This document shows, piece after piece, positions 9,416 to 19,120 of a stretch of 64,000 bases of DNA. The notes beneath the pieces were generated by a model. That model made no database searches and was not told the DNA's origin. It was given only the letters and a program-made list of their open reading frames with translations. Source of the DNA: Candidatus Micrarchaeum sp. GTDB taxonomy: Archaea; Micrarchaeota; Micrarchaeia; CABMEP01. Numbering within the stretch: position 1 is the first letter of the stretch; each line of letters starts with the position of its first letter. The stretch is taken from the NCBI GenBank assembly GCA_020723065.1, contig DYJP01000003.1, positions 195-64,194 of the forward strand. The letters are read 5' to 3'. Both the position numbers and the translations under genes were made by a program.

Positions 9416-10906
9416 TCACTGGAACGCTACTTCTCCTCCTGCGAAATCCACATGAGTGACTCTCGCGTTATGTAAATCGTAAACCCCGATTATCGCCGGA
9501 GTCGGACTGAACCCTCGCCTGAGCTGCCACGGAGTGGTCTTATCTATCCAAGTCCCCCCATTCATAATCGCGCAGCCCCTGTACTCTCCATACCCTATCT
9601 TATGCACATGCGCAGTCAAGAAAAGGTCTGACTCCTCCACAAACATATAATCCTTATGCTCTGGGGCCATAATGCTCTTATCGAATATTGGAGAAAGATT
9701 TCTTCTCTTGAGAAGTTCTATTGCGATTTCAGCGGGCTTTGAAAGAGTCAATCCCGAAACATCCTGCACAAGAGATTCCATAGTATATCCGTGATACATC
9801 TGCGTCTTGAATCCCTCTATGTTCATGAAGGCAGGATTCCCGACTGAATGGATTCTTCCGTCATCCTGAAGAATGTCCTTTTGGAGCGCAGGCTGCGGCT
9901 CCGCGCGCCTGACAGCGTCATGATTTCCGGGAATGGCGATTATCTCTATGTGATCCGGGACCAGTTCCATGAACTGGTTGAGCAGCTTGTACTGGTCGTA
10001 GATGTCCTTTATTACGAGCTCCTTGTCTTGGTTCGGATAAATACCTATCCCATCCACAAGATCGCCACCTATTAAAAGATAACCAACTTTCTCCGCAAGC
10101 TCCTTTCCTGGCCCGTTTCCATTGAGCCATTTAAGCATGTTCTCGAAATTCTTTGACAAGAAATGTGCACTTCCGATATGCAAGTCGGAAACGTATGCAA
10201 TCGCAATGTCCTTTTCTACCCTCTTCTTGTCCCTGAAAGGCATGTCTGGCCAAATTATGTCATGGACTATGTTGAGATTGGTGCCTATCCTTACGTCTAT
10301 TGCTATTACCTCGTCGTGTATCACTTTCATGCTCTTCTCATAGGTCTCCTTCCCTTCCTTCTGGTTGTTGAGCACCAGTACGGTCGTTACCCCGGACATG
10401 TCCTCTATCTCGAGCATGACATGCTTGTTCTTGGTTATTATCTTCTTTGAGACTATCGCAATCACTCTTAAGGTATCTCCTGGCTTTGCACTTGAAAGTC
10501 GTTCTATGTCCGTTATGGGATACTTCATGTTCGCCCTGGAAATAAAAAGTTCCTTGACCTTGTTGTAACGTTCAGAGAAATATTTAACAAAATCGGTCAG
10601 CTCTCCCTTGCACTTAGACTTGCCTGTAATGTCGTGGTCTTCGTATATTCTGAATTCGTGGCCGTATTCCTTTGCAGTGGGGTGAAAATCAGATGCACGC
10701 TTAACTTCTACGAAATCGGGCTTCTTTATCTGATTTGTAACATCCTTTATGTCCGATTCGGATATAAAAACAGATTTCAATTCAGACAATTTTTCGATTA
10801 TGGATCTTATTTCTTCATCAGAAAAGCCATTCAGGGCTTCCGTGGCCCCGGGTTTGAGAAGCTTCTTCTTCTCCCTAAGTAGTTTGTTGATCTCCTTGGT
10901 GTCCAT
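9416..10906 (-). CDS. polB: DNA polymerase D small subunit DP1 (Mre11-like phosphoesterase)
   Basis: Calcineurin-like phosphoesterase motifs are present: VSDLHIGS, GGDLVDGIGIYP, IPGNHDA, TAHVH. The gene lies 24 nt upstream of DP2 on the same strand. Confidence 0.9.
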   Translation of the reverse strand: MDTKEINKLLREKKKLLKPGATEALNGFSDEEIRSIIEKLSELKSVFISESDIKDVTNQIKKPDFVEVKRASDFHPTAKEYGHEFRIYEDHDITGKSKCKGELTDFVKYFSERYNKVKELFISRANMKYPITDIERLSSAKPGDTLRVIAIVSKKIITKNKHVMLEIEDMSGVTTVLVLNNQKEGKETYEKSMKVIHDEVIAIDVRIGTNLNIVHDIIWPDMPFRDKKRVEKDIAIAYVSDLHIGSAHFLSKNFENMLKWLNGNGPGKELAEKVGYLLIGGDLVDGIGIYPNQDKELVIKDIYDQYKLLNQFMELVPDHIEIIAIPGNHDAVRRAEPQPALQKDILQDDGRIHSVGNPAFMNIEGFKTQMYHGYTMESLVQDVSGLTLSKPAEIAIELLKRRNLSPIFDKSIMAPEHKDYMFVEESDLFLTAHVHKIGYGEYRGCAIMNGGTWIDKTTPWQLRRGFSPTPAIIGVYDLHNARVTHVDFAGGEVAFQ

Positions 10907-11085
10907 ATGATCAGCTTGATGCTACGCATCAAAAGCACACGCATGAAACGCAGTGCAGATAAGTATAGTATGATTTAAGCGGATGTATTTTTATACTTTC
11001 TTCAAGCCTACTTCCGGTAAAAATAGCAATAAATAAAGATAGTAAAATAAAGCTAAAAAAATGAGTGAAAAAAAGATAAAATAAA

Positions 11086-11349
11086 TCAGTTAGAAATGGA
11101 CTCCAATGCCGACAAGATCTGCCATATCTGGGTCCTTGCGTGCTGCGGAAGGTTGACATCCTCACTCACTTCTTCGACGAAGTAAATTGCTGATCCAGCC
11201 CTGACAGTCGGATCTCCTTTCTCTACGAGTCTTCTCCTTGCTTCTTCTATTGACTTCTTCACATTTCTTGGAACGCTCATGTCCTCGAGCATAAGATCGA
11301 TTAGCGAAACTATCTGGTTTATCTTCTCTTCACTTGAGTTACCTGCCAT
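11086..11349 (-). CDS. UPF0147 family protein
   Basis: An ~87-aa archaeal-type protein with VPRNVKKSIEEARRRL...DPTVRAGSAIYFVEEVSEDVNLPQHARTQIWQI. The start is moved to the ATG at 11349, preceded by GGTGAT. Confidence 0.65.
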   Translation of the reverse strand: MAGNSSEEKINQIVSLIDLMLEDMSVPRNVKKSIEEARRRLVEKGDPTVRAGSAIYFVEEVSEDVNLPQHARTQIWQILSALESISN

Positions 11350-11395
11350 AAGATCACCATTTTGCAGCACAAATGCTGATTAATTTAAATATAAG

Positions 11396-11553
11396 CGGGC
11401 CTGGAGGGATTCGAACCCTCGACCTTCAGCTCACTTCGAAACTTCTTTAACAAAGAAGTTTCATCAAGAAAGATTCTTTCTTTTTGATGAAACTTTTTCT
11501 CTGAAAAAGTTTCTTAGAAGGCTGCCGCTCTATCCAGGCTGAGCTACAGGCCC
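11396..11553 (-). tRNA. tRNA-Arg (anticodon UCU) with ~83-nt intron at canonical 37/38 position
   Basis: Hand-folded. Acceptor GGGCCTG/CAGGCCC, D arm GCTC-AGCCTGGATA-GAGC, anticodon stem GCAGC/GCTGA (27:43 mismatch), loop CTTCTAA, T arm GAGGG-TTCGAAT-CCCTC, discriminator G. The intron at about 11432..11514 forms a bulge-helix-bulge with CTTC/GAAG as central helix. Confidence 0.85.
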
Positions 11554-11669
11554 AACTATGAATAGTGCACTAAATGTTAGATAAAACAAACAGAAGCACC
11601 AGATAAATATTGACTATTTAAATTTAAAAAGATTTGCTGAAACTCACTTCTCATTTTTAAAATAAAAAT

Positions 11670-12194
11670 CTATCTTTTTCTTGAATTGTATGCGGCGACT
11701 ATGATATCTGCAAGCTGCTCTGGGGAGAAGTGTTCTGTATTGATCTGGATATCAAAATTGGAATGAACGAAAATGTCGACTGCGTACAACGCCATGTACC
11801 TGCCTCTGTTGTGCATGTCCCTCTCTATGACATGCTTAAGCGCCTTACTCTTGCTCATGTCATCTCTTACGGAAATCCTTTCCGCCCTTACTTTCGGAGA
11901 AGCTTCGAGCCAGACCTTGAGTGCCGCATCCGGAATAAGCCAGGGGCCGAGCCAGGTGGAAATCACCGAATCCTGCTTCCTTGCCTCCTTTATGATTATG
12001 TGATCAAATTCCTTGTCTATCGTAAGGTCCTTCTCCACATAGGCTTGATATTCCATTAAGGAAATTCCCTTCTGCTTCGCGGCATCCTTGAATGAAAGCT
12101 TTACCCTGCTAAAGCCTAGCTTCTTTGCCACCAGATCGGAAACAGTGTCCTTTCCGGAACCCACTAAGCCGCTTATGCAGATAATCTCAACCAT
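11670..12194 (-). CDS. cmk: cytidylate kinase, archaeal type
   Basis: P-loop ISGLVGSGKDT at the N-terminus, 174 aa, in the conserved position after secY-adk-DUF106 in archaeal clusters. Confidence 0.8.
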   Translation of the reverse strand: MVEIICISGLVGSGKDTVSDLVAKKLGFSRVKLSFKDAAKQKGISLMEYQAYVEKDLTIDKEFDHIIIKEARKQDSVISTWLGPWLIPDAALKVWLEASPKVRAERISVRDDMSKSKALKHVIERDMHNRGRYMALYAVDIFVHSNFDIQINTEHFSPEQLADIIVAAYNSRKR

Positions 12195-12238
12195 ACCACC
12201 ACTTCAATAAGATAAGTTCTACAGATAGGTTTTTAGAG

Positions 12239-12739
12239 CTATTTCTTGCTTTCGTTTAAAGATGCCTTACTCTTGTTAAGCTGGCCTAAAACTAACTGCG
12301 TAAAACCACCAAGCAAAACAAACGACAGCCAGAACCAACCATAGGCCCCGAAAGTATCCCTCCAACTTATCTCAAAAAAGGTCGGCCTAAAAGGAATAGG
12401 GAGCTGGAACGGAAGTGTAATCATAAATGAAGAAAACGCGCTCTGCACCAATCCTGGAACTACTAAAGCAAACGGAAGCAGTATCGCCATTGACTTCATC
12501 TGAAGAACCAGTATCTCGAAGGTCGACTTCTGCGACTCCTTGAGCTTCGGCTCAAGCTCATCCAGCTTCTTCATATCCTTTTTGGAAAGGGCCTTAAAGT
12601 ATTCCTTGTTCAGCTCGTTGTTAGCCTTCTGAATCTCCTGAAGCCTTGTACTGATGTTGAGCTTCTTGAGAATGAACGTAATGGACAGCGATGAAGCTAT
12701 TGCAAGTGCCGAAATTGCAGCTGATATTATTGGATCCAT
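12239..12739 (-). CDS. DUF106 / EMC3-TMCO1-like membrane protein (archaeal Oxa1/YidC-like)
   Basis: An N-terminal TM segment, a K/E-rich coiled coil and two C-terminal TM segments. It sits in the conserved slot between adk and cmk. The ATG at 12739 is preceded by GGTGA. Confidence 0.6.
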   Translation of the reverse strand: MDPIISAAISALAIASSLSITFILKKLNISTRLQEIQKANNELNKEYFKALSKKDMKKLDELEPKLKESQKSTFEILVLQMKSMAILLPFALVVPGLVQSAFSSFMITLPFQLPIPFRPTFFEISWRDTFGAYGWFWLSFVLLGGFTQLVLGQLNKSKASLNESKK

Positions 12740-12840
12740 AATTTCACCATCAATCAATTTTTCTATCTTTTTAGCATATCCCTAATTAATAGTAGGAATT
12801 TTGCATATTTAATACTTTCTTGCGGACTAGATGTTGCCGT

Positions 12841-13401
12841 TTATTCCCATCCGAGATTCTTAAGCACGTGCTCGAACTCCTCCACAGTATCATCAATCTT
12901 ACCCTTCCTGTTTATGAGTATGAACACTGGCTTCTTTGTCGCCGCAGAATAGCCTGTTATGTTCGAAAAGGAAGCGGATCTTATTCCGTTTAGCTCTTCC
13001 GCAGTCATTGCTGGCCTTGTTCTCTTTTGGTCACCCAGCCTCCTGTCTATTATATCCTTAGTCGGAGCGTCTATGAATACAAACCCCTCTATCCCTTCCT
13101 TCTCCAAAAGCTCCGGCGCAAGACCGGGAAGAAATCCTGTCGGTTTCTTTAGGACCGCGTGAGTATCCAGTATGACCATCCTGCCGGTGTCGATCGACTT
13201 TATTGCTTCTTTCTGGATGGCCAGGTGGTCCTTCATTGGAAGTTCTACTATCTTGTCCCTGTCCTGAAGACTGAACCTCTTCTTTGCAGAAAGGAAAAGG
13301 AGGTCTCCGTAGTTTATAATCTTGACTTTAGGATGCCTCGCCGTAATCTCTTTGAGAACAGAAGACTTGCCAACTCCTGGCAAACCCATTACTATCAGCA
13401 T
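12841..13401 (-). CDS. adkA: adenylate kinase, archaeal type
   Basis: MLIVMGLPGVGKSSV P-loop, 186 aa, immediately downstream of secY. GAGTGAT SD. Confidence 0.85.
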   Translation of the reverse strand: MLIVMGLPGVGKSSVLKEITARHPKVKIINYGDLLFLSAKKRFSLQDRDKIVELPMKDHLAIQKEAIKSIDTGRMVILDTHAVLKKPTGFLPGLAPELLEKEGIEGFVFIDAPTKDIIDRRLGDQKRTRPAMTAEELNGIRSASFSNITGYSAATKKPVFILINRKGKIDDTVEEFEHVLKNLGWE

Positions 13402-13458
13402 CTATATCACTCAGTTAGTCTAAACGCGCTAAACGCAAAAGATAAAAGAAAAAACAAT

Positions 13459-14901
13459 TTATCCCTCGAGAAATTTCTGCAATGCAGGGTTCGTCGCAAA
13501 AAGATTTTGCTGCTTGAAATCATCGTAAAACTTGTAGATTATTCCCACTGTAAGGAGTATGCCTGTTCCAGTTCCTATCGCTCCCGTGACGTCTGCAAGC
13601 ACTGCAAGGAACCCTACAAATGCACTTCCCAGTATCGCAATTGTCGTAATGTATTTGTCAAGAAGCTGTTCGATAATTCTCGGATCGGACCTGAATCCGG
13701 GCACGGACATTCCAGTGCTAGTGATCTGGGATGCAACCGCAGATGCCGACATGTTGGATGCCTCCATCCAGAACCTTCCGAATATGACACACATAATAAT
13801 ATAAGTGATCATGTAAACTATTATATGTACTATCTCGGGTATTCCGAATATTGGGGTGGACCCGGAGATGGTGGCAAGATATCCTTCGTAAGAACCCACA
13901 TACAACGGGTTGGTTATAGAGGATATCATGTAAAGCATCCCATCTACGAGCTGGCCGTTTGCATTGACCACTCCTATGTACTGGAGAACGTCAACATCGC
14001 CAATCATAAAAGTGTTTCCAAATAACAACGCCCTAGCAAGAAGCTGTATATTCATGAGCAGCGCAGATGTCAGGATCACTGGAAGGACTGAAACGTAAAG
14101 AAGCTTCACAGGGAACCTTGTTCCGAATCCCCTAAACGAAAGCGGAATCTCCACTTTAACTCCTTCAGCATAAACTGAAAGCCCAACTATAACAAACATG
14201 AAAATTATTGGCAAGAATGCAAGAAGCGCCGACGGTATTGCACCCGATCCTCCTGCGGAAAGTCTGCCAATCACTGTCTGGGTCGCATCTATCCCATGCC
14301 CTCCAAATATAAGCGAAAAGCTACCCTGCACCACTGCAAGAGAAACTCCTGCTGCAATAAAAAGGGAAATTCCAGAACCTATTCCATACTTTGACACCAC
14401 TTCATCAAGGAATATCAATAATATAGACGTGAAAGCGATCTGCGCTATGATCAACCCCATCGCAAGACCAGCGTTTCCAAATCTGGGATCCGGCCCTATA
14501 TAGACTCCGGGAAGAACGAACAACATAGTCTCTATTATTGCTAATACAATCGCAAAGACCTTCTGAGTCGCAGTGAATCTCCTTTTATCTATCGGATCAC
14601 TGGGATTGAAATCTATTAGCTTAGCACCAGCAAAAAGCTGCAAGAATATAGATGCCATTATGATCGGACCTATACCTATAGTTAAAAGAGTTCCTGTCCT
14701 GCTTGCGAGAACTGTCTGGATAAATTCAACAAAGCTTCCTCCAGTCACTTCTCCTCCAAAAGGAACTATATGGTACATTACAAAGAAAAGTAAAAGGACC
14801 AGCGCGGTCCAGAAAAATTTTTCATTGAGAGGTATAGCCCTCGACGGGGATTGCACCTCGGGCAAAAACGGCATTACTGGTTCAATGAATTTAAGATTCA
14901 A
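13459..14901 (-). CDS. secY: preprotein translocase subunit SecY
   Basis: 480-aa polytopic membrane protein at the end of the r-protein operon. The TTG start at 14901 is preceded by AGGTGA at 5-nt spacing. Confidence 0.95.
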   Translation of the reverse strand: MNLKFIEPVMPFLPEVQSPSRAIPLNEKFFWTALVLLLFFVMYHIVPFGGEVTGGSFVEFIQTVLASRTGTLLTIGIGPIIMASIFLQLFAGAKLIDFNPSDPIDKRRFTATQKVFAIVLAIIETMLFVLPGVYIGPDPRFGNAGLAMGLIIAQIAFTSILLIFLDEVVSKYGIGSGISLFIAAGVSLAVVQGSFSLIFGGHGIDATQTVIGRLSAGGSGAIPSALLAFLPIIFMFVIVGLSVYAEGVKVEIPLSFRGFGTRFPVKLLYVSVLPVILTSALLMNIQLLARALLFGNTFMIGDVDVLQYIGVVNANGQLVDGMLYMISSITNPLYVGSYEGYLATISGSTPIFGIPEIVHIIVYMITYIIMCVIFGRFWMEASNMSASAVASQITSTGMSVPGFRSDPRIIEQLLDKYITTIAILGSAFVGFLAVLADVTGAIGTGTGILLTVGIIYKFYDDFKQQNLFATNPALQKFLEG

Positions 14902-14968
14902 TTACTTCACCTCTAATGAAACTAGTTGCTACTGAATAGTAATCAATTCGTTGTGAAAAAAATAAAAA

Positions 14969-15400
14969 TTATTCAACCTGCTTTTCGGCCTTGACTTCGA
15001 GCTTTCCGCCAGACTTCTCTATCTTGGCCCTTGCAGACTCTGTCGCAACCACTGCCTTAACATGGACTGGCACCGATATGGAGCCCGCACCCAAGACCTT
15101 TCCCGGAAACTCAAAGACGTACATGTTGCCTGACTTTTCAAGCTTACCCGCTGTCGCCTTGTCCGCGATATCACTGACATTTATTGTATTAAGCTTCGGA
15201 GATGCGTTCTTATTAACAAATCCGTGCCTTCCGAAATGCTCTGGCTCATTCTTGAGTATCCATGCCCAGCGATGCTTGTGCGCGCCTGCATACCCCTTTC
15301 CTCCTCTGCTTCCCTTTCCTCTTCTATTCTTTGTATTGCCTGCGCCGCAAGTCCTGCTTGCTAAGAATTTTTTCCATTTTCCTTGCTTTCTTCTGACCAT
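14969..15400 (-). CDS. rpl15: 50S ribosomal protein uL15
   Basis: GAGNTKNRRGKGSRGGKGYAGAHKHRW motif and operon position. The ATG at 15400 follows GGTGA. Confidence 0.9.
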   Translation of the reverse strand: MVRRKQGKWKKFLASRTCGAGNTKNRRGKGSRGGKGYAGAHKHRWAWILKNEPEHFGRHGFVNKNASPKLNTINVSDIADKATAGKLEKSGNMYVFEFPGKVLGAGSISVPVHVKAVVATESARAKIEKSGGKLEVKAEKQVE

Positions 15401-15458
15401 ATAAGTCACCATGACTAATAATATAATACAAAATTATATCCATAAATATTTGACAGGA

Positions 15459-15878
15459 TTACATCATCCTCTTCAGAAGATCTACCATATTATCTCTCGG
15501 GCCCAACGCTCCCTTCGGGAATCTGAGCTTTACATTCCCCCAACCCTTTCTTGGAGAGTGAAGCCTGAAGACTGGTTTAATTTTTACCTCTTCTCCCGCT
15601 TCTATTCCCTTGATTATAGTAGAAACTTCCTTATTGTCGACTTTCTTGTCGCCCGGAAGCCTTCCCCTCTTGGCTACAAGATCTGAAAGAGAATCAGAAG
15701 TTATCTCTCCCCATGTCACGTAGTCCTGGCACACTCTAAGCATTCCCTCGAGAGACTTTGTCATCTTCGGGTATACCACGCAGTGGTGTTTCTTGTGAAG
15801 CCTGAGAAGCTCCATTGTCTTTCTGATATCCGGCTTTATTCCGGCAACACCACGAACACGAACTATTGCAATAACCAT
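15459..15878 (-). CDS. rpl30: 50S ribosomal protein uL30
   Basis: VIAIVRVRGVAGIKPDIRKTMELLRLHKKHHCVV, plus operon position. Confidence 0.9.
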   Translation of the reverse strand: MVIAIVRVRGVAGIKPDIRKTMELLRLHKKHHCVVYPKMTKSLEGMLRVCQDYVTWGEITSDSLSDLVAKRGRLPGDKKVDNKEVSTIIKGIEAGEEVKIKPVFRLHSPRKGWGNVKLRFPKGALGPRDNMVDLLKRMM

Positions 15879-15908
15879 ATCCATCACTCTATTATCATTC
15901 TAAACGGC

Positions 15909-16571
15909 TTATGTGAACTCGTTCTTCACCCTTATCTTATTGAGCTGGTCTAATGCGTCTACCACTGCCATGGAGGTGTTGAACCTGTTCTTAGTTCTTC
16001 CTTCTGCCTTTGTCCATATATCTCTGATTCCTGCGAGCTGGAGAACTCTCTTGACCACTCGGTTTGCAACAATGCCAGTTCCTCTTGGAGCTGGCTTGAG
16101 AGTGATCTTAACTCCTCCGTGCTTTCCTGTAACCTCAATCGGCAATGAATGTCTTGTTGTACAGTTGCACTGCGCAGAACCGCATCCAAGCCAGATATGA
16201 ACTATATTGAGCTTCGCGTCCTTTATCGCAGCCTCTATTGCAGGCCTAACTTCGTCCGCCTTGCCCTGGCCTATCCCCAAGTATTCCTGACCATCCCCTA
16301 CAACCACAACCGCTCTGTACTTCGCCTTTCTTCCAGACTTGGTCATACGCTGAGTTGACGAAAGTTCAATCGTCTCCTGCATAAGGTTAGGGAGAAGAGA
16401 ATCCACTATCTCAGACTCAAGGATCGGTTTACCTGATTTCAAGATGTCGAGAAGGTTAGAAACCTCTTTCGCCTTTACGGCCTTTCCTACAGATGTCTTT
16501 GGATTCCATGAGCTTAATACTTCTGGCTCTACCGCCGATGATCTTTTTTGTCTACCTTTTCTAAGTTTCAT
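15909..16571 (-). CDS. rps5: 30S ribosomal protein uS5
   Basis: S5 dsRBD and C-terminal domain sequence (VVVGDGQEYLGIGQGKADEVRPAIEAAIKDAK...GTGIVANRVVKRVLQLAGI). Confidence 0.95.
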   Translation of the reverse strand: MKLRKGRQKRSSAVEPEVLSSWNPKTSVGKAVKAKEVSNLLDILKSGKPILESEIVDSLLPNLMQETIELSSTQRMTKSGRKAKYRAVVVVGDGQEYLGIGQGKADEVRPAIEAAIKDAKLNIVHIWLGCGSAQCNCTTRHSLPIEVTGKHGGVKITLKPAPRGTGIVANRVVKRVLQLAGIRDIWTKAEGRTKNRFNTSMAVVDALDQLNKIRVKNEFT

Positions 16572-16606
16572 CAAATCAACCTCATAAAATAATCATAACT
16601 GCAGGA

Positions 16607-17212
16607 TTATTGCTTCTTCACCTTTTGAGAAACTGGCGCGGATTCAATCTGCTTTTTGATGTCATTGAAAAACTTATTAATCTCCTCCGGCTTAATGCCT
16701 GCCTTAATGTAGTGCGAGAACTGCTTCTGATACTTCTCCGAACCTACAATCTGCTTCGCATATTCCGCAATGTGCTTTCCACTGATCCTATCTTCGCTGA
16801 AGCTAATGTCTCCAACTGGAATCTCGAGGCCAGCATCCTTCGCTCCCTTCACCGCAGCGAAGAGAAATGAGCCAACTATCGGAGTATGCAAACCTGAATC
16901 AAGGACCACTGAATTTACACCGACTGCCTTCGCCCTCTTTCCGCAAATATATCCGGTAAGATATGCTGACGGAAGATTAGCAGAAGGCTTCCATTTGTAT
17001 TGAAGAAGCTCCTTGGAGTTAGCGGATGCTAAGACTTCATCGTGTGTCGGTGTGAAGCCAATGCACTGCACGATCACACTCTTATTTGATTTCCTAATTA
17101 TAAGCCTTGGAACTTTGGACTTCAGAAGAGCTAGCCTCTTCCTGTAGTTTGTAAGGTTCTTTCTTCTTCTCTTGAAAGCCAACTTGTAAGTTGGTCCTGT
17201 TGCCTTTGCCAT
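16607..17212 (-). CDS. rpl18: 50S ribosomal protein uL18
   Basis: MAKATGPTYKLAFKRRRKNLTNYRKRLALLKS... is typical of archaeal L18. The ATG at 17212 follows GTGAT. Confidence 0.9.
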   Translation of the reverse strand: MAKATGPTYKLAFKRRRKNLTNYRKRLALLKSKVPRLIIRKSNKSVIVQCIGFTPTHDEVLASANSKELLQYKWKPSANLPSAYLTGYICGKRAKAVGVNSVVLDSGLHTPIVGSFLFAAVKGAKDAGLEIPVGDISFSEDRISGKHIAEYAKQIVGSEKYQKQFSHYIKAGIKPEEINKFFNDIKKQIESAPVSQKVKKQ

Positions 17213-17263
17213 AATTATCACTCACATCGTGTATCCGGTAACAGCCGGATCAATTACTATAAA

Positions 17264-17734
17264 TTACTTCTTGGCGATCTCCTTCGCCTTTATGTACTTC
17301 TTTTCATTGAGGAACATAAGCACACGTGCCTTGTCCGGGAATGCACCTCCTTTAATCTTAAGATAGGTTTCCCTGTATGCCGCATTACTTATAAACATTC
17401 CCTTCATCTTCAAGTTCTTAATGAGCCTTCTCTGCGCCCTGATTCTGTTAAGCCAAACTTTCTTCCCTCCTGCTCTTGCAGAATGAGTTCCTTTTCTTCT
17501 AGAAAACTTGTGCGCCCTTCCCTTCCTTCTTTCCTCATCATGCGCTCTTCCCAACGCCCTTGAGACTCCCTTCTTCTGTTTAACCTTGACAGCTTTCTGC
17601 TTTATCAAAGCGCGAACATCATCTTTTGTGACTGCCTTTTCGATATCTGCAAGTTTTGTCGGATCGTATTTTATCCTGCTAACTCCTGCCTTCAGTATAT
17701 CGGAGGCCATTCTTTTTACGGATGCAATTGACAT
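17264..17734 (-). CDS. rpl19e: 50S ribosomal protein eL19
   Basis: L19e-type basic sequence (RKGTHSARAGGKKVWLNRIRAQRRLIKNLK), plus operon position. Confidence 0.9.
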   Translation of the reverse strand: MSIASVKRMASDILKAGVSRIKYDPTKLADIEKAVTKDDVRALIKQKAVKVKQKKGVSRALGRAHDEERRKGRAHKFSRRKGTHSARAGGKKVWLNRIRAQRRLIKNLKMKGMFISNAAYRETYLKIKGGAFPDKARVLMFLNEKKYIKAKEIAKK

Positions 17735-17769
17735 ATAATTCACCTGATTGAGTATCTTTTAACGCTAGG

Positions 17770-18120
17770 CTAATTCACCTTATTCGCATTAAGCACCGGA
17801 AGCTTGAGATCCTTGGCCTTCTGCATGATGACCGCTCTCTTCTTCGCTCCGACAGCGGATGCGATCCTTATTGCGAGCTTCTCGGATGTCTTCGGAAGAT
17901 TATCCATGTCCTTCATAGATCTAACGAGAACTTCCCTTGCACCTGACGGATGGAAGCCCCTATCATTTCTGGCACTTCTCCATCCTACACTCGGAGTTGC
18001 GCCCATAATCTTTTTATGAACCCTCTTCTTGCTATCTATTCCTCTCGGCTTTCTCCATCTTGCCTTTATTCTCTTCTTTCTACCAAGATTCGGAACATTA
18101 AATTTCGGATGCTTTCTCAT
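17770..18120 (-). CDS. rpl32e: 50S ribosomal protein eL32
   Basis: KARWRKPRGIDSKKR...GWRSARNDRGFHPSG is typical of L32e. Confidence 0.9.
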   Translation of the reverse strand: MRKHPKFNVPNLGRKKRIKARWRKPRGIDSKKRVHKKIMGATPSVGWRSARNDRGFHPSGAREVLVRSMKDMDNLPKTSEKLAIRIASAVGAKKRAVIMQKAKDLKLPVLNANKVN

Positions 18121-18160
18121 GACATAACACCTTTTACATGATTATATATTGCGAATACAA

Positions 18161-18658
18161 TTACTGAATCGAATTATAAATTCCATCCTGGAACACCCTC
18201 GGATCCTTCTCCTTTATATGGGTTGCTGACTTAAGGTTCGCCGCAGTCTGACCTACGGCATACTTGTCCGGACCTGACACCACTATAAACTCCTTCTCCA
18301 CATTAACTTTGGTGTCTCCGACCACCATTGCCTTCCTTGGATTTTTCTCCCCCAAGAAATTCTTAAGTATCATGACTGCCCCCTTCTGCTCTAGAGTGAA
18401 CGGAAAGTGCGCGTAGACCATCTGAAGCTTTATAGTGTAACCTTCGCTCACTCCCTTTATCGCGGACTTCAGGAGGGCCTCAATCGTATTCACTGTCATC
18501 TTGGATAATCCAGAAATTTTTACCTTTCCGCTATTCTGAGTTATCTTGACGTCTTTAAACTTATTTATAACCTTGCCCTTTGGACCACTGACTGTAAAAG
18601 AGTCGCTCTCTATTGTTAATGTAACTCCTGAAGGAATTTCCAAAGTTGTTTCCACCAT
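18161..18658 (-). CDS. rpl6: 50S ribosomal protein uL6
   Basis: Two-domain L6 sequence, operon position and an AGGTG SD. Confidence 0.9.
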   Translation of the reverse strand: MVETTLEIPSGVTLTIESDSFTVSGPKGKVINKFKDVKITQNSGKVKISGLSKMTVNTIEALLKSAIKGVSEGYTIKLQMVYAHFPFTLEQKGAVMILKNFLGEKNPRKAMVVGDTKVNVEKEFIVVSGPDKYAVGQTAANLKSATHIKEKDPRVFQDGIYNSIQ

Positions 18659-18695
18659 ATTAACACCTATAATAAATTTAAATTAGCGCCGCACC

Positions 18696-19076
18696 TTAGT
18701 AAACATATGCGACCAATCTTCCTCCTGTCTTGAGAGACCTGATCTCCTTGTTGGTAACCATTCCCTTTGAAGTGGTTATTATGAGTATTCCAAAGTCCTT
18801 ACTCGGGAGATACTGTTCCTCCGCCTTTCCGATATCAGAGAACTTTATCGGAAATCTCGGCTTGATAACTCCGCAGTAATTGATTGGCCCTATTCCCTTG
18901 ACTAAGAAAAAGTCGGTCGGTCCTTCAGTTACCCGGGTGAACTCTCTGATATAGCCTTCCTTCTGCATGATCTTGAGGACTTCTCCTGTGAAATTCGAAG
19001 CCACTATCTTGCATTCGTCTTTTCCTGCATTTTTATGAACGCGAATTACATTGAGCGCGTTTGCCAATATATCCAT
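18696..19076 (-). CDS. rps8: 30S ribosomal protein uS8
   Basis: MDILANALNVIRVHKNAGKDEC... is a typical S8 N-terminus. The track ORF is extended upstream across rps14; the ATG at 19076 follows AGTGAT. Confidence 0.9.
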   Translation of the reverse strand: MDILANALNVIRVHKNAGKDECKIVASNFTGEVLKIMQKEGYIREFTRVTEGPTDFFLVKGIGPINYCGVIKPRFPIKFSDIGKAEEQYLPSKDFGILIITTSKGMVTNKEIRSLKTGGRLVAYVY

Positions 19077-19120
19077 ATCATCACTTCCATGATTATTGTC
19101 TAGTAAACATGAATGCGGGA

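Noticed and set aside
10929-11165. 78-aa minus-strand ORF between DP1 and the UPF0147 gene
   Set aside because: It overlaps the 3' end of the UPF0147 gene out of frame and runs through an AT-rich promoter or spacer. The sequence is hydrophobic low-complexity with no SD.
11470-11500. Possible C/D-box sRNA inside the tRNA-Arg intron (a UGAUGA in CTTGATGAAAC, with CUGA in the 3' exon)
   Set aside because: There is no complete C/D plus C'/D' arrangement at archaeal spacing. The equivalent position in the Cys intron reads UGACGA. The UGAUGA is explained as one arm of hairpin 2.
13159-14025. 288-aa + strand ORF
   Set aside because: It lies entirely antisense to a bona fide SecY gene. It has no SD and an odd composition (Y/C/H/R-rich). 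It is an artefact of the codon bias of the opposite strand.
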